Shown piece after piece: positions 27,940-34,741 of a stretch of 64,000 bases of DNA (the first letter of the stretch is position 1; the number at the start of each line of letters is the position of its first letter). Made by a program: the position numbers and the translations under genes. Source of the stretch: Thermoanaerobaculia bacterium (GTDB taxonomy: Bacteria > Acidobacteriota > Thermoanaerobaculia > Gp7-AA8); NCBI GenBank assembly GCA_036261885.1, contig DATAJY010000012.1, positions 143,458-207,457 of the forward strand, in the 5' to 3' direction. The notes below the pieces were generated by a model, which saw nothing but the letters and a program-made list of their open reading frames with translations, ran no database searches and was not told where the DNA came from.

Positions 27940-28434
27940 ATGATTTTCGCCATGATTCGTAAATTCGCCGTGGTTCTGATCGCAATGCTGTACGCGGCCG
28001 CATTACACGCCGCGACCACTCTGCCGAAACCGAAGAACATCGTCACAGACGGTGCGGGCATATTGACGAACGAGGAGGTCGCGTCGCTGACGTCCGACCT
28101 CCAGGCATTACGAACGCGCGGGCTCGGGCAGGTGCTGATCTACATCGTGCCGGCCTTGCCGCCCGGCGAAACGATGGAGGAGGTGACGCTGCGCTCGGCG
28201 AATGCCTGGGGCGTCGGCGACCGGATGCGCGATGACGGCGTCGTGATCTTCGTCTTCATGAGCGATCGTAAGATCCGCATCGAGCTCGGACTCGGCGTGG
28301 AGAAGAAAATCGACGATGCCACCGCCGCCCGCATCATTCAGGAAAAGATGGTCCCGGCGTTCAAGCGAAGCGCGTACGCAGCGGGCCTGCACGACGCGGT
28401 CGTGGAAATCGGACGGCGATTGAGTGCGCCCTGA
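27940..28434 (+). CDS. TPM-domain (YgcG-like phosphatase fold) protein, secreted
   Basis: Signal peptide, then NIVTDGAGILTNEEVASL...DDGVVIFVFMSDRKIRIELGLGVEKKI...AFKRSAYAAGL, typical of the TPM domain. Start is ATG 27940 or 27952. Confidence 0.8.
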   Translation: MIFAMIRKFAVVLIAMLYAAALHAATTLPKPKNIVTDGAGILTNEEVASLTSDLQALRTRGLGQVLIYIVPALPPGETMEEVTLRSANAWGVGDRMRDDGVVIFVFMSDRKIRIELGLGVEKKIDDATAARIIQEKMVPAFKRSAYAAGLHDAVVEIGRRLSAP

Positions 28435-28480
28435 CGCTCCGGTCCGATGAGCGGCCACCTCTGCTACTCTCATTTCAATC

Positions 28481-29212
28481 ATGACAGTCGCATTGGATGT
28501 CCCGGCACCCGTCCGCACGGTGGTGGACGATCTCGTTGCATCGGCGCGTGAATCGTTCGGCGATGCGCTGCGCTCGGTGATCCTTTATGGCTCCGCGGCC
28601 GAGGGGCGCCTGCGCGCCACGTCGGATGTCAATCTCCTCTTCATCCTGGCGGTCTTCGACTCGCGCGTCGATGCCTTCCGCGAGCCGTTCCGATTCGCGC
28701 AGGCGGCGGCGAACGTCAATGCGATGTTCCTTCTCGAAGACGAATTGACGGAAGCGGGGGAGGCGTTCGCGCAGAAATTCGCCGACATCGCCAATCGTCA
28801 CGTCGTGCTGCATGGCGCGGACGTCATTGGCCGGCTGTCGATTCCGCGGGCCGCGCTGGTGCGCCGCCTGCGACAGGTCCTGCTCAATCTCACGATCCGT
28901 TTGCGGGAGTTGTATGTCTCGCGGAGCCTGCGCGAGGAGCAGTGCGCCATCACGATGGCCGAGGCCGCCGGCCCGTTGCGGACATCCGCGTCGGCGATTC
29001 TGGAGCTCGAAGCGGGACGCAAGCTGCCGCCGAAGGAGGCGCTCGAACACGTGGTGCGCGAGCTCGACGACCGGTTCGCGGCGCTGCTGCCGCATCTTTC
29101 CGAGGCGCGCGAACAACGGGTGTTGCCGGCCGGAGAGGCCGCCCGGCTCCTGTTCACGACGCTCGAGATCGCGCGGGCGCTGCACGCGCGGGCCATGCGG
29201 ATCGCCGAATGA
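28481..29212 (+). CDS. Nucleotidyltransferase-domain protein (Pol-beta superfamily) with helical C-terminal domain
   Basis: 243 aa. The minimal NTase motif is LYGSAAEGRLRATSDVNLLFI (GS...D.N/D). The stop overlaps the next start (ATGA at 29209-29212). Confidence 0.7.
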   Translation: MTVALDVPAPVRTVVDDLVASARESFGDALRSVILYGSAAEGRLRATSDVNLLFILAVFDSRVDAFREPFRFAQAAANVNAMFLLEDELTEAGEAFAQKFADIANRHVVLHGADVIGRLSIPRAALVRRLRQVLLNLTIRLRELYVSRSLREEQCAITMAEAAGPLRTSASAILELEAGRKLPPKEALEHVVRELDDRFAALLPHLSEAREQRVLPAGEAARLLFTTLEIARALHARAMRIAE

Positions 29213-30099
29213 ATCCCTTCGATTTCTACGGCCCGCAGTTTCTCGTCTTCTATTTTCTGCTGACGATCTCCACGCTGCTCGTCATGGCGCTCGTGCGGCG
29301 GTTCATCGATCGCGCGGTGCCCGAAGCGGCGGATGCGAAACTGACGGACGCGTATGTCATCGCGCTGCTGCGCGGCGGCCGCAAGGAAATGGTGCGCACG
29401 ACGATCGTCTCGCTGCTGGATCGCGGATTGTTGGAGCAGACCGCCAACGGCAAGGTGCACACGAGCGGCGTCGGCAGCAGGATGCGCGCGCGCCGCGACA
29501 TCGAAGAGCGAATTCTCGAATACTGTCGCAGCGATCGCGACCTCGGCGATCTTCCGGACCAGAAGGAATTCGCGCACCTCTGCGCGCCGTACGAAGGGGA
29601 GTTGCAGAGGCTGGGCATGCTGCCGAGCGGCCCGCAGCGAGCCGCGCGTTACGCGCTCTTTCTCGTCGGCGGAGGATTTCTCGCCGCGGTCTCGGTCACC
29701 AAGATTCTGATCGCGCTCTCGCGCGGGCGCACGAACATCGCGTTTCTCGTCATCGTCACCGCCGCGGCGGTGTGGCTGGCGTCGCGCGTCGCCGCGCCAC
29801 GCCTCACCGCGAAAGGCAACGCGACCCTCGCCGAACTGCAGAATCTCTTCAAGGCGCTCAAGCTCCGCGCGAAAGAATTGAAGCCCGGCGGCGCGACGTC
29901 CGAGCTGGCGATGCTCACCGCGGTCTTCGGCGGCACGACCGTGATGACCCTCGGCAATTTCCCCGGCCTCAACGTCCTCTATCCGCGCGCGACGTCGACC
30001 GGCAGCAGCGGAAGCAGCTCCGGCAGTTCGTGTGGCAGTTCCTGCGGAAGCTCGTGCGGCGGTGGTTGCGGCGGCGGATGCGGAGGCTGCGGCTCGTGA
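29209..30099 (+). CDS. TIGR04222-like polytopic membrane protein with C-terminal Ser/Gly/Cys repeat tail
   Basis: Internal ATG 29209. N-terminus MNPFDFYGPQFLVFYFLL matches the family signature as I remember it. At least 4 hydrophobic segments. C-terminus: STGSSGSSSGSSCGSSCGSSCGGGCGGGCGGCGS. Confidence 0.75.
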   Translation: MNPFDFYGPQFLVFYFLLTISTLLVMALVRRFIDRAVPEAADAKLTDAYVIALLRGGRKEMVRTTIVSLLDRGLLEQTANGKVHTSGVGSRMRARRDIEERILEYCRSDRDLGDLPDQKEFAHLCAPYEGELQRLGMLPSGPQRAARYALFLVGGGFLAAVSVTKILIALSRGRTNIAFLVIVTAAAVWLASRVAAPRLTAKGNATLAELQNLFKALKLRAKELKPGGATSELAMLTAVFGGTTVMTLGNFPGLNVLYPRATSTGSSGSSSGSSCGSSCGSSCGGGCGGGCGGCGS

Positions 30100-30109
30100 G
30101 GCAGCAGCG

Positions 30110-31141
30110 ATGAAGTTCGGCCTCGGCTGGCGCGCGCCGATCGGCGCGGCGATCTTCGCGAACCTCGAACAGATCGACGTCGTCGAGATCATGGCCGAGG
30201 ATTTCTTCGCGGCGACGAAGGCCGAGAAGCGCGCGCTGCGTTTTCTCGGCGAGCACGTGACGCTCGTGCTGCACGCGACGTGTCTCGGGCTCGCATCGAC
30301 TGAATGCGTCGACCGGAAGAAGCTCGATGCCGTGGCGCGTGTGGTCGGCTGGCTCGAGCCCGAGGTCTGGTCCGAGCATCTCGCGTTCGTGCGCGGCGGC
30401 GGGATCGAAGTCGGACATCTCGCGGCGCCGCCGCGCAATGACGCCACGCTCGCGGGGCTCGTGCGCAACATCGAGCTGGCGACGCGCGTCGCCGGCGCGA
30501 GACCGCTGCTCGAAAACGTCGCCTCGCTCGTCGAGCCGCCGCACTGCGCGTACGACGAAGGAGCCTGGCTGCACGCGGTGCTGGAGGCGACGCGATGCGA
30601 CCTCCTGCTCGATCTGCACAACGTGCATGCGAACGGCGTGAACTTCGGCTTTTCCGCGCGCGACGTGGTCACGTCGCTGCCGATGCATCGCGTGAAGGCG
30701 GTGCATCTCGCCGGCGGAAAGCGGATCGAGCGCAATCGCCTGCTCGACGATCACAGGCACGCCGTGCCGGACGAGGTGTTCGCGCTGCTCGCGCACGTCC
30801 CCGCCGAAGACGCCTTCGTGATCCTCGAGCGCGATGGCGAGTATCCGGCGTTCGACGGACTGCTCGCGGAACTGGCGCGCGCCCGGGCGGTGCCGCGCGT
30901 GCGCACGGCGCATGCGCTCGAGCGGACGAAGCGTGCGGTCGCGGATACGCCGGAGGTCATTGCGCGACTGGCGCAGATTTACGTCGATCCGGATGCGCGC
31001 GAACGCTTTCTCGCGAATCCGGAGTTCGCGATCGATCGGGAGGATCTGCTGCTCGCCGCGCGAAGCTTCGAGCGCAAGCGCATGGACGTGTCATCCCGAG
31101 CGGAGCGCGAAGCGCGAAGTCGAGGGATCCCCAGTCGATAG
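30110..31141 (+). CDS. DUF692 / multinuclear non-heme iron oxidase (MNIO, MbnB-like) family protein with C-terminal extension
   Basis: ATG 30110, 10 nt after the upstream stop. Motifs LHATCLGLAS, WSEHLAF, LENVAS, LLDLHNVHAN, VHLAGG and LLDDHRHAV follow the DUF692 TIM-barrel metal-ligand pattern. About 80 extra C-terminal residues. Confidence 0.85.
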   Translation: MKFGLGWRAPIGAAIFANLEQIDVVEIMAEDFFAATKAEKRALRFLGEHVTLVLHATCLGLASTECVDRKKLDAVARVVGWLEPEVWSEHLAFVRGGGIEVGHLAAPPRNDATLAGLVRNIELATRVAGARPLLENVASLVEPPHCAYDEGAWLHAVLEATRCDLLLDLHNVHANGVNFGFSARDVVTSLPMHRVKAVHLAGGKRIERNRLLDDHRHAVPDEVFALLAHVPAEDAFVILERDGEYPAFDGLLAELARARAVPRVRTAHALERTKRAVADTPEVIARLAQIYVDPDARERFLANPEFAIDREDLLLAARSFERKRMDVSSRAEREARSRGIPSR

Positions 31142-31202
31142 CACGAGGGGCGCTCCGTAGGCGGGAGGTCCCTCCACTCGCTTCGCTCGGTCGGGATGAC
31201 AC
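31088..31202. repeat. REP-like inverted repeat (GTGTCATCCCG ... CGGGATGACAC)
   Basis: Perfect 11-bp termini at 31088-31098 and 31192-31202, with GC-rich AGCG/GAAGCG-type interiors. The same GTGTCATCCCG module builds the array at 48764-49314. It spans the stop codon of the DUF692 gene. Confidence 0.55.
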
Positions 31203-31262
31203 GAAACTCGCGTCGCGCTTCCCTACGTGGGTCCGAAAACCGCGGACGCCAGGTAATTGCCG

Positions 31263-32276
31263 TTAAGCCTGCGTTCCCTCGATAAACAACACGAACTCCG
31301 AGCCGAACGCCATCGACGGCGTGAGCGCGCCCTTCAGCTCCGATTGCAGCACGCGCTCGACCGCGGCCAGCGCGGACAACATCGTGAAGTGATAGCCCTC
31401 GGCGACGGACATGGTCAGCGACACCTCGTCGTTGTTCGCGTTGCGCGCGCGGCCCCACAACTCCACGCGCGCGCTCGCCCGCGTCTCGGCCGACGGCCCG
31501 GCCGTCTTCGACGCCCAGCGCTGGGCGATCTTCTGAACCGGTTTGAACTTCAGCAGCGGGAGCAGCGGTTTGATGCGCTTCAGCTGTTTGAGTGCACCGC
31601 GTGACTGCGATGAGTACACGCGAATGTTCGGAATCTTCGTCGAGCGATACGCGGTGCTGATGTCGCCCCACGGGATGGTCATCGAAATGCGCGGTCCCGA
31701 TGCATAAGGAATCTCGCGCACGTCGAACATCTGCGGCACGCGGCGGATCTTTCCGTTCTCACGAATGGCGCCGCCGTGCGGCATTCCCTCGAGCATCGTC
31801 TTGAGCGTGCCGCGGCTGACGCCGCTCTTCGACGAGAACGCGAGCCACAGCTCCGTCGCATCAGGCATGCGCTTGTGCAGCATCGCCGCGAGACAGTCGG
31901 TCGGCACGACGTCGAAGCCGACGCCGGGGATGAGGGCCACGCCGCGCGCGACCGCGTCGTCATGTCTGCGGAACACCGACTCGAACACCACGATCTCACC
32001 GGTGATGTCGAGGTAATGCACGCCGGCCGCGAGACAGGCATTCACCATCGGTGCGGACGTGTGCAGGAACGGCCCTGCGCAATGCAGGACGAGCTGCACT
32101 CCGGAAAGATCGGGCCGGGTCAGATCGAAGGCGCGCCACTCGCAGCCGAGCTCGCGCGCCAGCGGCTCGATCTTCGCGGCGTCGCGACCTGCCAGAATCG
32201 GCCGGTCGCCGCGGCGCACCGCCTCGCGCGCAATCAACTCGCCGGTATACCCGTTCGCGCCATACAGAAGCCACAT
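31263..32276 (-). CDS. Saccharopine-dehydrogenase-like NAD(P)-binding protein
   Basis: Start ATG 32276. MWLLYGANGYTGELIAREAVRRGDRPILAGRD is a Rossmann GxxGxxG motif. 337 aa. Confidence 0.75.
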   Translation of the reverse strand: MWLLYGANGYTGELIAREAVRRGDRPILAGRDAAKIEPLARELGCEWRAFDLTRPDLSGVQLVLHCAGPFLHTSAPMVNACLAAGVHYLDITGEIVVFESVFRRHDDAVARGVALIPGVGFDVVPTDCLAAMLHKRMPDATELWLAFSSKSGVSRGTLKTMLEGMPHGGAIRENGKIRRVPQMFDVREIPYASGPRISMTIPWGDISTAYRSTKIPNIRVYSSQSRGALKQLKRIKPLLPLLKFKPVQKIAQRWASKTAGPSAETRASARVELWGRARNANNDEVSLTMSVAEGYHFTMLSALAAVERVLQSELKGALTPSMAFGSEFVLFIEGTQA

Positions 32277-32319
32277 GGCGGAGGAGTGTACGCGAGGGAG
32301 GCGTAGACTGAGTGCCTCG

Positions 32320-33858
32320 ATGAAATTCGAATCGCAGATCACGGAGATCACCTCCGCGTGCGCGAAGCTCGATCGCGCGGCCGCGGGAAACGCGAGCGAA
32401 TCGTTTGCGAAGGAGATCCGCGCGACGGGCGCGACGTTTCCTTCCTCGACCGCTTCGCCCGTGATTCAGGCGCTGATCCGCAAACGCTGGTTCACCGAAG
32501 CCTTGTGCGTGGCCGAGGCGGTGCTCGAGAGCGGACAAGGCTCGGCCAGTGTGAAGCTCGATTATGCGCAGGCGCTCATCGACAGTGGCCGTCTGACCGC
32601 GGCGCTTCCTCTTCTGCAGCAGTTGCTCACGACCGCGGTGCGCCGCTCGCGCGTGGAGCAGGCCGCGCGCGGCAGCATCGGGCGCATCTACAAACAGCTT
32701 TACGTCAATGGTGCGGGCGAGCCCGAGCTGCGGGCCGATCGCATTCTCCGCTCGTTCAATGCGTACTTCGATGCGTACGTCGAGAGCCCGCTGCTGCACT
32801 GGCACGGCATCAATGCGCTGGCGGTGTTCGCGCGTGCGGATCGCGACGGCATTCGCATCAACGCGACTCCGCCCGATGCGCGCGTGCTGCTCGCGGCGGC
32901 GGAACAATCGGACTCGCTCTGGTCGCACGCGATCGCCGGTGAGGCAGCGATTGCACTCGGCGATACGGAGCTCGCGTACCGGCACTACAAGGCTTACGTG
33001 AATTCGAATGACGAACGCGCCGATGCGTTCGAGATTGCGAGCTCGCTGCGCCAGCTCGTGGAGGTGTGGGAGCTCACCAGCGAGCACGATCCCGGTGCGC
33101 GGATTCTGCCGCTCCTGCACGGAGCGGTGTTGCGCAAGCAGGGCGGCCTGCTCGAGCTGCACGGCCACAGCGTGCGGACGGAGCTGGAGAAAACGTTCGG
33201 CAGCGACGCCGCGGTTTCGTTCCAGTGGTACCGGCAGGGGCTCGAGCGTTGCCTCTCGGTCTGCTGCGTGCGCCACGAGCGCGGCGACGCGTGGGGCACC
33301 GGCTTCATCGTGCGCGGAACCGATTTCGGCTTCGCCGACGAGTTGATGATGCTGACCAACGAGCACGTGCTCAGCGAAACGTCGTGTGACGCACTGCGTC
33401 CCGGAAAGGCGTATGCGACGTTCGAGGCGTTGCCGGAGCGACCGAGCGCGCGCTGCGTCGAGATCGTCTGGAGCAGTCGCGCGCTCGATGCCACGCTGGC
33501 GCGCTTCGATCCGCCGCTCACCGGCGTCACGCCGATCGCGATCGAACGCGAGGTCGAACTGCCGGAAGGGGACGACGACACCGCGCGCGTCTATCTGATC
33601 GGCCATCCGCACGGCGGCGGACTCGCGTTTTCACTGCACGACAATCTCGTCACCGGCTGGGACGACGAGCGCGTGCACTATCGCGCGCCGACGGAGCATG
33701 GCAGCTCGGGCAGCCCGGTGTTCGACGATCAGTGGCGGCTCATCGCGCTGCATCACGGCGGCGGACGTCTGCGACGGCTCGACGACAGCGGCGAGTTTTA
33801 CGAGGCCAACGAAGGATTTCGCCTCGACCGCATCTGCGCCGCCGCGACCGCGCGATAA
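32320..33858 (+). CDS. TPR-like sensor domain fused to trypsin-like serine protease
   Basis: Internal ATG 32320, 512 aa. The helical-repeat N-terminal half includes GSIGRIYKQLY. The C-terminal protease carries His (TNEHV), Asp (LDATLARF) and Ser (TEHGSSGSPVF) motifs. Confidence 0.75.
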   Translation: MKFESQITEITSACAKLDRAAAGNASESFAKEIRATGATFPSSTASPVIQALIRKRWFTEALCVAEAVLESGQGSASVKLDYAQALIDSGRLTAALPLLQQLLTTAVRRSRVEQAARGSIGRIYKQLYVNGAGEPELRADRILRSFNAYFDAYVESPLLHWHGINALAVFARADRDGIRINATPPDARVLLAAAEQSDSLWSHAIAGEAAIALGDTELAYRHYKAYVNSNDERADAFEIASSLRQLVEVWELTSEHDPGARILPLLHGAVLRKQGGLLELHGHSVRTELEKTFGSDAAVSFQWYRQGLERCLSVCCVRHERGDAWGTGFIVRGTDFGFADELMMLTNEHVLSETSCDALRPGKAYATFEALPERPSARCVEIVWSSRALDATLARFDPPLTGVTPIAIEREVELPEGDDDTARVYLIGHPHGGGLAFSLHDNLVTGWDDERVHYRAPTEHGSSGSPVFDDQWRLIALHHGGGRLRRLDDSGEFYEANEGFRLDRICAAATAR

Positions 33859-33867
33859 TCGACGCCC

Positions 33868-34602
33868 ATGCCGCGCATCACCCGCGAAACCCAGCGCATG
33901 CTCGCCATCGCCTTCGTCGTGGCGCTGGTCGTATATCTCGTTCCGTTCACCCGCTTCGTGCTCTCCGCGCTGGTGACGCTCTTTCACGAATTCGGTCATG
34001 CGGTGATGGGCTGGATTCTCGGATATCCGTCGCTGCCCGCATTCGATCTCGTGTACGGCGGCGGGTTCACGCATCAGGGGACGTTCAAGCTGCCGATCGC
34101 CATCCTCGTCGCCGGCATCTTCGGCTACATCGCCTGGCTCAATCGCGACAATCGCAGAGGGCTGATCGTGATCGGCATCGTCGCCGCGGTGTGGCTGCTG
34201 TTCGTGACGCGCGAATGGCGTCGCGAGCTGGCGATCGCCTCCGCGGGCCATCTCGCCGAATTCGTGCTCGCGGGCGTGATGCTCTACAAATCGATCACCG
34301 GCGAAGGGTGGCGCAATCCCGACGTCGAACGTCCCCTCGGCGCGTTCATCGCCTTCTTCGTCCAGATCCACTCCACGCATTTCGCCTGGAAGCTGATCCA
34401 CGACACCGGCTTCCTCGAGTGGTACCGCGAAGGCAAAGGCGGCGCGATCATGAACGACCTCGAAGTCGTCGCCCTCGACCTCCAGATCTGGCTCGGCTGG
34501 CAACCCCAGATCGAAGGCGTAGCGAAGGGGCTGTTGTTCTTCTCCCTCGTCCCCCTGGTGATCGCCGTTTATCGCGCCTCGCGGGTGGAGATTGAGAATT
34601 GA
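33868..34602 (+). CDS. Membrane protein with HExxH motif (M50-like metalloprotease candidate)
   Basis: 244 aa, about 6 TM segments. LFHEFGHAVMG lies in the first helix region. Starts 10 nt after the protease gene. The stop codon lies inside the heptamer repeat arm. Confidence 0.6.
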   Translation: MPRITRETQRMLAIAFVVALVVYLVPFTRFVLSALVTLFHEFGHAVMGWILGYPSLPAFDLVYGGGFTHQGTFKLPIAILVAGIFGYIAWLNRDNRRGLIVIGIVAAVWLLFVTREWRRELAIASAGHLAEFVLAGVMLYKSITGEGWRNPDVERPLGAFIAFFVQIHSTHFAWKLIHDTGFLEWYREGKGGAIMNDLEVVALDLQIWLGWQPQIEGVAKGLLFFSLVPLVIAVYRASRVEIEN

Positions 34603-34699
34603 AAATTGAAAATTGAAAATTGAAATCACTCATCGCCAGTGCAAAACGCGTCGCTCTTGCGACACCTGATTTCAATTTTCAATTTTCAATTTTCAATTC
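34591..34699. repeat. Heptamer-armed hairpin element E1 (ATTGAAA x5 / TTTCAAT x4)
   Basis: The left arm 34596-34626 and right arm 34669-34699 are perfectly complementary (31 bp). The 42-nt core contains a GTCGC-TCTT-GCGAC mini-hairpin. It lies between convergent stop codons at 34602 and 34742. Confidence 0.9.
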
Positions 34700-34709
34700 A
34701 ACAAATCCC

Positions 34710-34737
34710 CAATCCTCAATCCTCAATCCTCAATCCC
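34710..34737. repeat. Tandem heptamer CAATCCT x3 plus one variant (CAATCCC)
   Basis: CAATCCTCAATCCTCAATCCTCAATCCC, directly after E1 and 5 nt before the kinase stop codon. Confidence 0.9.
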
Positions 34738-34741
34738 CGTT

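Noticed and set aside
29992-30099. Simple-sequence contingency locus (slippage-prone microsatellite) in the Cys/Gly/Ser tail
   Set aside because: The DNA is not a perfect tri- or hexanucleotide repeat. Synonymous codons vary between units, so phase-variable slippage is not supported.
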